Part shown: in pieces, positions 19,155 to 29,685 of the stretch
Position numbering within the stretch: position 1 is the stretch's first letter
Layout: each line of letters opens with the position of its first letter
Assembly (NCBI GenBank): GCA_045546695.1
Contig: JAZQDE010000015.1
Coordinates: 1,549-65,548, forward strand
Source of the DNA: Clostridia bacterium
GTDB taxonomy: Bacteria; Bacillota; Clostridia; UBA1212; UBA1255
Length of the DNA: 64,000 nt
Direction: 5' to 3'
Notes under the pieces: generated by a model
What the model was told of the DNA's origin: nothing
Database searches by the model: none
Seen by the model: the letters and a program-made list of their open reading frames with translations, nothing else
Made by a program: the position numbers and the translations under genes

Positions 19155-19598
19155 TTACGCTGCTTTTGCAAGAGTAATTGTCATTTCATATGAACCATCG
19201 GCAAAGTAGAACTCTGTTTCTTCTCCACTGTAGTTGTAGCCATCAGGAAGTCTGAGGAAAGATACTTTATAATCTGCATCATCAACGTTAAAAGATGCAA
19301 CGCCGTTGGCATCTGTTTTAGCAGGATTACATGTCTCGTTGAGACAGAGCTGTACGAGAGCGTCAGCTATAGGATTGCCGTCTGTGTCAACAACAGTAAC
19401 TTTATATTTGCCGGCTGCAGGTGCATCTGTCGGATCAGTATCCGGTGCCGCTGTCGGTGCATCGGTAGTTGTAGCAGGAGCTTTTGTAGCTTCAGCTTCA
19501 CCATCGCCACCACATGCGGCAAAAATCATAACTGTTGACAATACTAATAACAATACAAATATTAAACTTGATTTTTTCATATTTAATCCCCTTTTCAT
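19155..19598 (-). CDS. Small lipoprotein with a CarbopepD_reg-like (transthyretin-like) beta-sandwich domain
   Basis: Lipobox IFAACGG, an Ala/Pro/Thr-rich linker, and YKVTVVDTDGNPIADALVQL ... SFNVDDADYKVSF. It is the last gene of the lipoprotein cluster. Confidence 0.55.
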   Translation of the reverse strand: MKRGLNMKKSSLIFVLLLVLSTVMIFAACGGDGEAEATKAPATTTDAPTAAPDTDPTDAPAAGKYKVTVVDTDGNPIADALVQLCLNETCNPAKTDANGVASFNVDDADYKVSFLRLPDGYNYSGEETEFYFADGSYEMTITLAKAA

Positions 19599-19603
19599 TT
19601 AAT

Positions 19604-22549
19604 TTATTTTATATAGCAAATTAAGAACATCCATGCAATTTCAAGATTTACATTTTCTTTTTCTGCAAACAGGAACATCGGTTCATCAGGATTGCACCAA
19701 CCTGTGTGATTCATATGATTTGTAATAATATACATTAAATCAGCATCAAGCGGATATACCTCTTTTGTCGGATCCATACTTTCAACATATTTCATAAGAC
19801 AATCTGTATAATCTTCCTTTTTAACAAAATTACCGTCTTTGTCATAGAAAAATGCTCTTGCCGGTGATGTTTCAATCATCTTTACATATGAAATGTATGG
19901 AGTATTTTCACCAAGAGATACTAAGGCAACAGGACCATCAGCAGTGCCGATATGGTAGTATCCGTCATTGTCATTAAATACCAGCTTGTAATCATCTGTC
20001 TTGCCTGTAATATCTACGTATGCAAGATTCGCACCTGAAGGAAGTGTATACTTAGGCGGATTCTTGGCAGGTTCGTATATGATATAGTCAATATCTGTTA
20101 TATCTGTCGGAGCTGCACCAATTCTGTTGATAGCGATGACACCGCCTTTATCACCCTGCGCTGCAATTATGTAAATAGCACCGAGGTTGTTTTCCTTGAC
20201 AGTCAATGTAAATGAATTGTTTGACATGTCGGTAGAAGATGTCATATCAGATATAAAGTGAAGGCTTGCACCCATAAAATGGAAGCTTGCATCTGTACTT
20301 GTAAGTGAAATATTGTATATTCCCGAAGCAACCGGCTCGAAAACAAAGTATGTCATCTCGTCACTGAGCTCAACAAACACAGAACCGATTGACAGCCTAA
20401 CAGCATCGCCAACGTAAAGCTCTTCTGTCTGGGTTGATGCTTTAGGAGCAAAGACTATAGTTGTGCTTGTTTTTGATGCAGAAAGTGTGCAGCTACTGCC
20501 TGTGTTATATAACAAATTGCTTCCGGAAACTGTCGGAACTACTGTATAATCGCCTGCTTCAAGAGTAAACTTTACGATACCGTTTGAATTGACATTTCCT
20601 GTATAAACAGTACTGCTGCCCTTCATAACCTTGATGCTTGCATCTGTAATAGCTTTGCCTGTAGCATCTTTGAGCGCAACAGTATATTCTTTGTCAACTT
20701 TCTCAATTACAATCTTTTTGATTTTAATTGTAATACTTGTCTTGTCCTCATCAAGCTCGTATGTCTTAGAATCTGTTACATATCCATCGGGCACCGTAAT
20801 CTTGAAAGTATATTCGCCTTCTTCGCACTCGATAGTAGCAATACCGTCTGCGCCTGTTGTAAGAGACTCAGTAGACTCGCTTGTTTTGAACGAAATTTTC
20901 ACACCTTTTACAGCCTTGCCGTCTTCGTCAGTGATTTTAATCTCATATTCAACAATGTCCGGAACTTCGATTATATCATCATCAACGTCACATTCTACAA
21001 ATGATGTGAGTGAAACAAAATCACACGCCGGATATTTGTTGCCATCATCCGGAAGAGCAGATATTGTAAGCTGAAGAGTGTCACCTACTTTTACAGGAAT
21101 TGTAAGTGTAGTGAGCCCTGTATTGCTGTCCACGACACCGTCATTTGACAATGTCTTATACACATATGAAGTCAGATTATATAACACGTAATCATATGAA
21201 ACGCCTGCTGTTGATGTTTTACATACAATTGTGAAAAATCCTTCTTTATCAGCCACATATGAATAATAAACACCCTGGTCTTTACCCTCCGGCAAAGAAG
21301 TTGAAAACTCACCTAAAATAAGGTCGTATGGATTTGCTGTTGTACCTTCTTCGTTAGCAAACTTTACAACATATTTTTTCTGCTCAGAGGAAGTATTTTT
21401 AAATTGAAGTAATACTGGTGTGAACGTATCTGATGAGAATACCTGTAAAGTAACAGCTCCGTTTTCAGGCTTGAGCGTATCACCGTTGTATACTAACTCA
21501 AAGCTTTCGCCTGTGACAGTCGTAATCATACCGGAAACTTTATAAAAGTTACAATAAATATGACCACCTGCAGGAACATCAATGCTATATTCCATTTCAC
21601 CGCCAAATTCATATGGATTTTGCTCTGTGCCTGATTCTACTTCAACAGTTACAATATCATCGACTTTGTCTACAACCTTCTGAACGTAAGAATCGCTTGT
21701 ATAATATGCAAATATGCCTTTGAAAACTTCATCATCAAGCTCATATCCTTCAAATGCCAGAGTGATCATTCCATAACGGTCAATAACAATTGTCTTTGGA
21801 TATGAATTAATATTGAAAAGTGTTTTCCACGCAGAGTCTCCTCTACCCATCGGGAAAGTAAGTCCGTTATCTTCTTTATACTTTGCAATATCAGATGCTG
21901 TACCATCAACAATATTGATAGCAAGAACCTCAACACTGTCAGAATACTCATTGTAGGCACTCTCAATCATTGGAAATTCCATTCTGCATGGATCACATTG
22001 GATATACCAGAAGTTAAGAATTACTGCTTTTTTATCTTTAAGAATATCTGAAATCTTATGTGTCTTATTGTCAGAATCTGTCAAAGTCAGATCGTAAACA
22101 ATGTCACCCTTACCAAGTATCACACCATCGATGCTGCCCTCAGGGAGCTTTGTTGACAATGTAATTGTTGTTTCATTATCCTTGATCGGATAAACATCAT
22201 CTACAACGTATCCTTTTACAGTATTCTTCAGTACAGCAACAGCATTGTCATCGATTGCGTCGCTGAATGTAATCATGCCGTTTTCATCTGTTCTCTCAAA
22301 TGCTACGAGTTCTTCTTGTGTGCTGTCCGTGTAAATATATACGTCAACGTTTGAAAGAGGCATGCCGCCTTCAGTCTTTACAGTTATCGTATAATCTTCA
22401 ACCTCCGGAACCGGAGTAGCCGTCGGAGCAGCAGTAGGCTTGCTACCTTCGGTGTCGTCATCGCCACATGAGACCATAAGCAGGCACAATGATGCAATTA
22501 TAAGAATCAAAAGAAAAAATACTGATTTTTTATTACGCATAATAATCAC
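19604..22549 (-). CDS. Large lipoprotein: CarbopepD_reg-like domain, TlpA-like thioredoxin domain (CDPC), conserved C-terminal module (981 aa)
   Basis: Lipobox LLMVSCG. KAVILNFWYIQCDPCRMEFP ... YPKTIVIDRYGMI redoxin fold with Cys185/Cys188. The C-terminal region is paralogous to the next two genes and ends WMFLICYIK. Confidence 0.65.
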   Translation of the reverse strand: MIIMRNKKSVFFLLILIIASLCLLMVSCGDDDTEGSKPTAAPTATPVPEVEDYTITVKTEGGMPLSNVDVYIYTDSTQEELVAFERTDENGMITFSDAIDDNAVAVLKNTVKGYVVDDVYPIKDNETTITLSTKLPEGSIDGVILGKGDIVYDLTLTDSDNKTHKISDILKDKKAVILNFWYIQCDPCRMEFPMIESAYNEYSDSVEVLAINIVDGTASDIAKYKEDNGLTFPMGRGDSAWKTLFNINSYPKTIVIDRYGMITLAFEGYELDDEVFKGIFAYYTSDSYVQKVVDKVDDIVTVEVESGTEQNPYEFGGEMEYSIDVPAGGHIYCNFYKVSGMITTVTGESFELVYNGDTLKPENGAVTLQVFSSDTFTPVLLQFKNTSSEQKKYVVKFANEEGTTANPYDLILGEFSTSLPEGKDQGVYYSYVADKEGFFTIVCKTSTAGVSYDYVLYNLTSYVYKTLSNDGVVDSNTGLTTLTIPVKVGDTLQLTISALPDDGNKYPACDFVSLTSFVECDVDDDIIEVPDIVEYEIKITDEDGKAVKGVKISFKTSESTESLTTGADGIATIECEEGEYTFKITVPDGYVTDSKTYELDEDKTSITIKIKKIVIEKVDKEYTVALKDATGKAITDASIKVMKGSSTVYTGNVNSNGIVKFTLEAGDYTVVPTVSGSNLLYNTGSSCTLSASKTSTTIVFAPKASTQTEELYVGDAVRLSIGSVFVELSDEMTYFVFEPVASGIYNISLTSTDASFHFMGASLHFISDMTSSTDMSNNSFTLTVKENNLGAIYIIAAQGDKGGVIAINRIGAAPTDITDIDYIIYEPAKNPPKYTLPSGANLAYVDITGKTDDYKLVFNDNDGYYHIGTADGPVALVSLGENTPYISYVKMIETSPARAFFYDKDGNFVKKEDYTDCLMKYVESMDPTKEVYPLDADLMYIITNHMNHTGWCNPDEPMFLFAEKENVNLEIAWMFLICYIK

Positions 22550-22552
22550 CTA

Positions 22553-23845
22553 TTATTTAATATAGCAGCACATAAATAACCATGAAATGTCATTATTTAT
22601 GCCCGGAATATTGCTTTCGTTTGAATCTTTGAAAAGGTACATTGAATGGTTTGGATCAAACCAGCCACTTGCATCTCCTCTGTTCTGGATAATATACATA
22701 AGGTCGTTTGTAAGCGGATAAACTCCTTCTTTTTCATCAACATTTTCAATGTATTTAAGGAGACATTCACTGTAATCTTCTTTTTTAACAAACTCGCCAT
22801 TTTCATCAAAGAAATATTTTACTACACCTGATGATTCAAGAATCGTCTTGAAAGATGCGAGATATTTGGAATCCTTTGCCAAACGAACAAGTACAAGCGG
22901 ACCATCAGCGCTGTTTAAATGGTAAAATCCGTCATTTTCATTGTAGACAAGCTTGTATGTGTCAGAAGATGCTTTGAGGTCAAAATCAGCCAATGCAGAG
23001 CCTGCAGGAAGAGTATACTTGCCTAATGTAACTGTAGGCTTGTAAATATCCCACGGAACATTTTCATATGAAAATTCAGGTTCACCGACACGTTCTACTG
23101 TGATAATACAATTTTCAATTGCAGTAGCTGAATCGATTCCGACAACAAGTGTCAGAGGTGACGTTGGATCAGGACTAATCATTGAATTATAAACGTTGAT
23201 TGAGAATGATTTTTCGTCCTGAATATCAGCGACATTTGTATCCTGAATGAAATGCGGAGCGCCGTAATAACCGATTTTTGCGTCATCTTTATGGACTGTC
23301 AGCTTGTACAGACCTTCTACAGAAGGCTGGAAAACAAAGTAATTTCTTGTGTTTTCTGTTATCTTTGTGCACAAAGAGCCAATCTGCATAACAGGAGCTA
23401 CGTATTCAGTTTCACCCTTGTAAAGTATTACTGAGTTGCCCGTCAGATTATAAGCAACTGCTACTTCAAGACTTGTAACGTCTGCAGACAATGTAAGATT
23501 GTCTTTTTCATAATAGTAAAGCGTCTCGTCACCTGTAAATTTAAGTGCTACTGTATAATCACCTTTATCAAGATTTTTAATAGCCTTGCCCTCTTCATTT
23601 ACAACCTGCATAGCAATCTGCTCGCCGTCTTTTAAGTAGCTGACAACAACACCATCTGTGAAAGGCTTACCAAGGTAATCTGTAACAGTTACTGTGTAAT
23701 CAGCTGTAGTTTCAATCTCCTGTGTCGGTGCCGGAGTCGAATCAGTTGACGATTCATCTCCGCCGCATGAACACAAAACTGCTGCGCAGCATATAAGCAG
23801 CGCAGCAATAAGCATAATTTTACCAATAAAATTATTATTTTTCAT
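22553..23845 (-). CDS. Lipoprotein paralog (430 aa) with CarbopepD_reg-like domain and the shared C-terminal module; no thioredoxin domain
   Basis: Lipobox VLCSCGG. The C-terminal ~150 aa align with the 981-aa protein (FYHLNSADGPLVLV ... KKEDYSECLLKYIEN ... WLFMCCYIK). Confidence 0.6.
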   Translation of the reverse strand: MKNNNFIGKIMLIAALLICCAAVLCSCGGDESSTDSTPAPTQEIETTADYTVTVTDYLGKPFTDGVVVSYLKDGEQIAMQVVNEEGKAIKNLDKGDYTVALKFTGDETLYYYEKDNLTLSADVTSLEVAVAYNLTGNSVILYKGETEYVAPVMQIGSLCTKITENTRNYFVFQPSVEGLYKLTVHKDDAKIGYYGAPHFIQDTNVADIQDEKSFSINVYNSMISPDPTSPLTLVVGIDSATAIENCIITVERVGEPEFSYENVPWDIYKPTVTLGKYTLPAGSALADFDLKASSDTYKLVYNENDGFYHLNSADGPLVLVRLAKDSKYLASFKTILESSGVVKYFFDENGEFVKKEDYSECLLKYIENVDEKEGVYPLTNDLMYIIQNRGDASGWFDPNHSMYLFKDSNESNIPGINNDISWLFMCCYIK

Positions 23846-23862
23846 TTATATCTCCTTCATTT

Positions 23863-26682
23863 TCACTGGCCAAGATAATCGTAGTAGTAACATAACTTGA
23901 GCCATCCGAATTCAACACTGTAATCCATCGGGTTTACATATTTATCAGCAAGAAGCTGGAGAATCTCAGCAAGTTGCTCATCTACCGCAACGCAGCCATT
24001 GATTTCTTTGTCGGATCCGTCAATAATCTTATTTACATATGATTTGATTATATCTGTATAATCCTTGCCTTTACCATGATACTGACCGTTCAATACTTCT
24101 TCAAGTTTATACTCTTCAGCGTAAATCTCATACAATTCACCCCAGAGGTCTTTTAAGTATTGGATTGTCTTATCCTTATCTCTGCCATTCTTTTCAAAAT
24201 ATGAAATGATTACCTGATCGTAATCCGTCTTGCTGAAATCAAATCCACCCATATCAATGATACCCTTGATATCACCTTGTGTGACAAACGGTACATTCAT
24301 TACTGTAACACCTGTAAAGTCAGCATAAATCTTGCTTCCGTAAATCTGCTTGCCGTTGCTGTCTTTACCAAGATCGTGATAATAGTAACCATCATCGCCA
24401 AGTACAACGTCAATACCGCCGCTGATTGTATCATACATGTGCTCACCTGTAGCATCTGTATCGTATGTGTAATATCCGGGAGAAGCTACTCTGAAGTAAT
24501 CAAACTCGCTGCCAAGATATTCAATATCAAACGGAATATAACCTACTCTATAAACGTCCCAGAAAGCAATGTTGATGTAGTACGGTGTGCCTGCCTCCAT
24601 GTAATATACGATAGATACGTTATTTGCATCGCCATACAATCTCTCACAATACTCATAAGTCATAAGTATCTCATGATTATCATTAAAGAGCCATGCCTCA
24701 ACGCCTTCTGGCGCTGTTGAGTTTGAAGTAATTCTATAAACGCCTGACTTCTTCGGAACGAACTTTCTGAGTGTACCTCTTGGAATAATTACTCTGTCGT
24801 AGTAGAAGTAATTCTCTTCAAGTCCCTTACCTTCAAATACTTCGGGAGCTGAGAATGGAGTAAGTCCCTGAATCGGGTCAACGAGCTGTTTGTTTCCATC
24901 CGGACCATATACTTCATAATAACGACAAATCTTGAGCCATTCATCTGGTGTGTTATCGAAACCGAATACACCGGCTACTTTTTTGAGAATCTCTGCGAGC
25001 TCTTCGTTAACTGTACATACACCATTCAATGATGAGTTTGATGCGAAGTTGAGATATTTAAGAATCTCATCATAAAGATCTTTGCCATCAACAACAACAT
25101 TTTCACCATAAAGCAATGTGTAAATTGACTTTTCATCGTTGAAAATAGTCAGGTTCATCAGATTAGCAAGAAGGAGCGGGCCATTTTCTGAGCCGACGTG
25201 GTAATAACCATCTTTGTTGTTGAAATAAATATCTATATAATCAAATGAACCATCAGCATTTTCAGTTGCAGGAAGTCTTGGAATATATGATTCTACGTCG
25301 ATATCTTTTGCGTCAACAACTCTCATGTTTGAAATATAAACCGTATCGTCACCATTGTTTGTTGAATCGTCTTTAGAATATACTAAAGCAAGTTCATACG
25401 TACCATCTTCTATAGCTACCCATGGATAACAAGAAGACCATCCGTCGCTTCCTGACGAGCCTGAAACCTGATAAATGTCTTCTCTTTGAACAACTACAAA
25501 AAGAACGTCATTTATTTCTTCTGTTGAAACGATGTAATCAAAAGCGATTGCCTGTCCTGCTTTGAGTTCGATATCGGCGTAAATTGCTGAATACGAAGCT
25601 TCTATACCCTTATTTGATGAGTAAATACATTTTCTGCCATCCTTTTCACCGATAATGAATGGCCAGGCATATTCTGCGTTTGCACTCTCTGTCTCAGGTC
25701 TGTAAGTTACGTTGATAGAGCCTGAGTTAATTGCATTACCGATATTTTCAGATGTGTCCATTGTCTTGTCAGGCTTCTGAAGTGTCACAAATTCGCTGAT
25801 ACTGGAAGCAATCTTCTGCTTATAATCGTCTGCTGTGAAATAATCAAACAGACATGTGAAAGGTCTGAGGCTTGTAATTGCACCAACTTCTACGAGACAG
25901 ATAACGCCATATCGGTCAATCATCACAGATGTCGGATATGAGTTTACTGAGAACGCCTGAGCAAGTGTATATTGACAAGGAGCCATCTTGAATGTAAGAC
26001 CTCTTTGCTGCTGATAATTTTTAACTGCAGCCGCTGTATCCATAGGTGATACAGCAATTATCTCAATATCATCTTGGTACATCTCATATGCTTGTTGCAT
26101 ATAAGGGAATTCAAGCTCACAAGCAGAACAACCATCATACCAGAAGTTAAGCAGAACAGCTTTTTTTGTTTTGAGGACCTCTGAAAGTGTAACCTGCGCT
26201 CCGTCTGATGTTGTTACTGTTAAATCATACATAACGTCTCCGGCTTTGAGAGAAACAGAACCTGAAAGATCTTCTTTAACAACAGAAGATGATAATGTAA
26301 TCAGTGCAGTGTTGCCGGTGAAAGAATAATATGGCTCAACGTCATATCCTTTTGGAAGACCTCTGACTTCAACAGCGTATGAGTTACTTACAGGAAGTTC
26401 AAAACTTACAAAACCAAGTTCGTTTGTCTTGCCATACTGTTTGAGGTCTGAGAGTGTATTGTCGGCGTATACGTAAACGTCTACGTCAGCAAATACTCTG
26501 CCGGCAAATGATTTGATGCTAACGTCGTATGCTGCTTTTTCTCCGTTATTATCCGTAGTACCTTGCGTAGGTGCAGCCGTAGCATCTGTCTTATCCGATG
26601 AATTATCGCCACAGCCAACAAACACTGCCGCAATCAGACACACGGATAGAATAATTGCGATTGTTTTCTTTAAAATAGTCAT
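23863..26682 (-). CDS. Large lipoprotein: CarbopepD_reg-like domain, TlpA-like thioredoxin domain (CSAC), two copies of the conserved C-terminal module (939 aa)
   Basis: Lipobox VFVGCG. KAVLLNFWYDGCSACELEFP ... YPTSVMIDRYGVI. An internal module ends WLKICRYYEVYG and the C-terminal module ends WLKLCYYYDYLGQ. AAAGGTGAGGAA RBS. Confidence 0.65.
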   Translation of the reverse strand: MTILKKTIAIILSVCLIAAVFVGCGDNSSDKTDATAAPTQGTTDNNGEKAAYDVSIKSFAGRVFADVDVYVYADNTLSDLKQYGKTNELGFVSFELPVSNSYAVEVRGLPKGYDVEPYYSFTGNTALITLSSSVVKEDLSGSVSLKAGDVMYDLTVTTSDGAQVTLSEVLKTKKAVLLNFWYDGCSACELEFPYMQQAYEMYQDDIEIIAVSPMDTAAAVKNYQQQRGLTFKMAPCQYTLAQAFSVNSYPTSVMIDRYGVICLVEVGAITSLRPFTCLFDYFTADDYKQKIASSISEFVTLQKPDKTMDTSENIGNAINSGSINVTYRPETESANAEYAWPFIIGEKDGRKCIYSSNKGIEASYSAIYADIELKAGQAIAFDYIVSTEEINDVLFVVVQREDIYQVSGSSGSDGWSSCYPWVAIEDGTYELALVYSKDDSTNNGDDTVYISNMRVVDAKDIDVESYIPRLPATENADGSFDYIDIYFNNKDGYYHVGSENGPLLLANLMNLTIFNDEKSIYTLLYGENVVVDGKDLYDEILKYLNFASNSSLNGVCTVNEELAEILKKVAGVFGFDNTPDEWLKICRYYEVYGPDGNKQLVDPIQGLTPFSAPEVFEGKGLEENYFYYDRVIIPRGTLRKFVPKKSGVYRITSNSTAPEGVEAWLFNDNHEILMTYEYCERLYGDANNVSIVYYMEAGTPYYINIAFWDVYRVGYIPFDIEYLGSEFDYFRVASPGYYTYDTDATGEHMYDTISGGIDVVLGDDGYYYHDLGKDSNGKQIYGSKIYADFTGVTVMNVPFVTQGDIKGIIDMGGFDFSKTDYDQVIISYFEKNGRDKDKTIQYLKDLWGELYEIYAEEYKLEEVLNGQYHGKGKDYTDIIKSYVNKIIDGSDKEINGCVAVDEQLAEILQLLADKYVNPMDYSVEFGWLKLCYYYDYLGQ

Positions 26683-26720
26683 AAATTCCTCACCTTTAGA
26701 ATATTTCCCTCATCCGATGA

Positions 26721-26749
26721 ATCGTATCATATTATTGCTTTATCGTCAA
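26721..26749 (-). promoter_or_regulatory. Putative sigma-A promoter for the lipoprotein cluster
   Basis: Minus strand: TTGACG, 17-nt spacer, TACGAT, in the 73-nt gap after hemW. Confidence 0.35.
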
Positions 26750-26755
26750 TCAGAA

Positions 26756-27889
26756 TTAAACAAATTCACGGAATATTTCATTAGCAAAATCAAGCCCTTT
26801 AAGCGTAAGAACATAGCGTTTCCCCTTCTTTTCAATCAGCTTTTTTTCAGACAAATATCTTAATTCATCAGAAAAAACATCTATATATTCTTTACCGAAT
26901 CTATGCCTGAAATCCTCGGGTGACGGGCCTTCAATCATCCTGAAACCAAGCATCATAAATTCGTTCATCTTATCTTCTTCAGATAAAACAGCCGTCTCCT
27001 CCGGGTCGGCATATTTCCCAAGTAGATATTGTGAAAAGTCTTCTGTATTTTTGTATCTTACACCATCAACGTATGACGCACTGCACAGGCCAACTCCATA
27101 ATACTCGTCACATTTCCAATATCTGACATTGTGTCGCGATTCATAACCAGCCTTTGAAAAGTTAGATATTTCATATTGTCCAAAGCCATTTTCTTCCAGC
27201 TTTGCCTTGCAATAATAAAACATCTCACGGTCAATTGTATCGTCAATATAACTACTTCCCCATTTATAGACGTTTGTACCCTCTTCGATTATCAGCGAGT
27301 ACGCTGAAATATGAGTTACTCCGAGCGTGCACGCAATGTCAACCGTGTCACGCCATTGCTCAATCGTCTGCTCACTATATTTACCAATTGCAGGAATGCC
27401 ATACATAAGGTCAATGTTTATATTATCAAAGCCTGCCTCCGACGCCATTTTTACTGCCTCAATTGCACTTTCTTTTGAATGAAGCCGGCCAAGCGACTTT
27501 AGTATTTCCGGTGAAAAGCTCTGTACGCCTATACTGATGCGGTTAATCCCTGCCGAGACATAATCTGTCAGTTTTGCGGGGTCAACAGTAGCAGGATTTG
27601 CCTCAATCGTTACTTCGCATGATTCGCAGAGTCTGTCTGATATCATTGACATTATTTCACAGATATATTTTGAGTCAACAGACGAAGGCGTGCCGCCACC
27701 AATATATACCGTGTCAAAACAGATATCTTCTTTTGATGCCAAAAGACTGTTTATTTCATTTTTTAATTGTGAACAATAAGAATCCACATCGCCGTATTTG
27801 TCTGAAAATGACACAAAATCACAATAATTACATTTTCTGAGACAAAACGGTATGTGGATATATAAGCCAATTTTTTTCATATCAAACAT
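26756..27889 (-). CDS. hemW: Radical-SAM heme chaperone HemW (HemN-like, oxygen-independent coproporphyrinogen-III-oxidase-like)
   Basis: CLRKCNYCDF (CxxxCxxC radical-SAM motif). It lies immediately downstream of lepA, as in Bacillus lepA-hemN. Its ATG overlaps the lepA stop (TGATG). Confidence 0.8.
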   Translation of the reverse strand: MFDMKKIGLYIHIPFCLRKCNYCDFVSFSDKYGDVDSYCSQLKNEINSLLASKEDICFDTVYIGGGTPSSVDSKYICEIMSMISDRLCESCEVTIEANPATVDPAKLTDYVSAGINRISIGVQSFSPEILKSLGRLHSKESAIEAVKMASEAGFDNINIDLMYGIPAIGKYSEQTIEQWRDTVDIACTLGVTHISAYSLIIEEGTNVYKWGSSYIDDTIDREMFYYCKAKLEENGFGQYEISNFSKAGYESRHNVRYWKCDEYYGVGLCSASYVDGVRYKNTEDFSQYLLGKYADPEETAVLSEEDKMNEFMMLGFRMIEGPSPEDFRHRFGKEYIDVFSDELRYLSEKKLIEKKGKRYVLTLKGLDFANEIFREFV

Positions 27890-29685
27890 CAGTCATCAAG
27901 CTTAAGAACGCTTAAAAATGCTTCTTGCGGTACTTCTACGCTACCAAATTCACGCATACGTTTTTTACCTTCTTTTTGCTTTTCAAGAAGCTTCTTTTTA
28001 CGGGTAATATCGCCGCCGTAACATTTTGCAAGAACGTCTTTTCTATATGCCTTGACAGTCTCTCTTGCAATAATTTTGCTGCCGATACAAGCCTGAATCG
28101 GAATCTCAAACTGCTGACGCGGGATAGATTCTTTAAGTTTAGCAGCAATCTTACGACCACGAGTGTATGCCTTGTCAGTATGAACAATAAACGACAGTGC
28201 ATCAATCAACTCGTTGTTAAGCAAGATATCAAGCTTTACGAGATTTGAAGGTTTATAGCCAAGAAGTTCGTAATTCAATGATGCGTATCCACGTGTTCTT
28301 GATTTGAGTGAATCAAAGAAGTCGTAAATAACCTCATTCAAAGGCAGCTCGTACGTCATAATAACACGTGTTTCTTCAAGATAATCCATGTTGATGAACG
28401 TACCCCTGCGCTCTGTTGTAAGCTCCATAATATTTCCTACGTATTCAGTAGGCGTCATAATCGAAGCTTTAACAATAGGTTCTTCGATTTTCATTATATC
28501 AGTCGGATTAGGCATGTTTGTAGGATTGTCAAGCATTTCCATCGTGCCGTCTGTCTTGTATACATGATAAATAACACTCGGTGTCGTCGTGATAAGCTCA
28601 ATATTGTACTCTCTTGATATTCTTTCCTGAATAATCTCAAGATGAAGCAGACCTAAAAATCCACATCTGAAGCCAAAGCCGAGAGCCTGTGACGTTTCTG
28701 GTTCAAAGATAAGGGCTGCATCATTGAGCTGAAGTTTAAAAAGCGCGTCTCTTAAATTTTCGTAATCAGAACCATCAATAGGATAAAAACCACAATATAC
28801 CATTGATTGTACTTCTTTATAACCGGGAAGCGGCTCTGTTGCCGGATTGCTTGCGAGTGTAATAGTGTCGCCTACAGTCGCGTCTGTTATATTCTTGATA
28901 GCCGCAGCAATATAACCAACCTCGCCTGCGGATATCTGCTGAGACTGTACAGTCGCACCGGGTTTGAACCAGCCCACCTCAGTAACAAGATATTCCTTGC
29001 CGCTTTGCATAAAGCGGATTGTGTCGCCCTTTTTAATGCTGCCGTCCATTACTCTGCAATATACGATTACACCTTTATACGTATCGTAAAAAGAGTCAAA
29101 AACGAGTGCTCTGCAAGGACTACCCTCCACTGAAACGGGCGCAGGAATTTTTGCTACGATAGCTTCAAGTACGTCATGAATACCAAGGCCGACTTTAGCT
29201 GATACGAGCGGTGCATCGTCACATGGAATACCGATAACGTCTTCTATTTCTTTCTTAACCTCATCAGGTCTTGCCGAAGGCAGATCAATCTTATTGATAA
29301 CAGGAACAATCTCAAGATTATTATCGATTGCCTGGTAGACGTTTGCAAGAGTCTGAGCCTCAACGCCCTGAGAACTGTCAACAACGAGCAAAGCGCCTTC
29401 ACACGCAGCCAGAGTACGTGATACTTCATAGTTGAAGTCAACGTGTCCGGGTGTGTCAATCAGGTTAAAAACGTACTCATTGCCATCGTCAGCTTTGTAA
29501 TTAAGTCTTACTGACTGTGCTTTGATTGTAATGCCACGTTCCCTTTCAAGGTCCATATTGTCAAGAACCTGCTCTTCCATCTCACGCTCGGTGAGAACGC
29601 CTGTTTCCTGCAGGATTCTGTCGGCAAGAGTTGACTTGCCGTGATCTATATGTGCAATAATACAAAAATTTCTGATGTTATCCAT
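27889..29685 (-). CDS. lepA: Elongation factor 4 (LepA)
   Basis: [24 protein letters not shown]1 motif. Its length of 598 aa fits EF4, and it has the EF4-specific C-terminal domain. Confidence 0.95.
   Translation of the reverse strand: MDNIRNFCIIAHIDHGKSTLADRILQETGVLTEREMEEQVLDNMDLERERGITIKAQSVRLNYKADDGNEYVFNLIDTPGHVDFNYEVSRTLAACEGALLVVDSSQGVEAQTLANVYQAIDNNLEIVPVINKIDLPSARPDEVKKEIEDVIGIPCDDAPLVSAKVGLGIHDVLEAIVAKIPAPVSVEGSPCRALVFDSFYDTYKGVIVYCRVMDGSIKKGDTIRFMQSGKEYLVTEVGWFKPGATVQSQQISAGEVGYIAAAIKNITDATVGDTITLASNPATEPLPGYKEVQSMVYCGFYPIDGSDYENLRDALFKLQLNDAALIFEPETSQALGFGFRCGFLGLLHLEIIQERISREYNIELITTTPSVIYHVYKTDGTMEMLDNPTNMPNPTDIMKIEEPIVKASIMTPTEYVGNIMELTTERRGTFINMDYLEETRVIMTYELPLNEVIYDFFDSLKSRTRGYASLNYELLGYKPSNLVKLDILLNNELIDALSFIVHTDKAYTRGRKIAAKLKESIPRQQFEIPIQACIGSKIIARETVKAYRKDVLAKCYGGDITRKKKLLEKQKEGKKRMREFGSVEVPQEAFLSVLKLDD

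Noticed and set aside
20631-21074. Ser/Thr-rich 147-aa plus-strand ORF
   Set aside because: It is antisense to the 981-aa lipoprotein gene and a low-complexity translation artefact.
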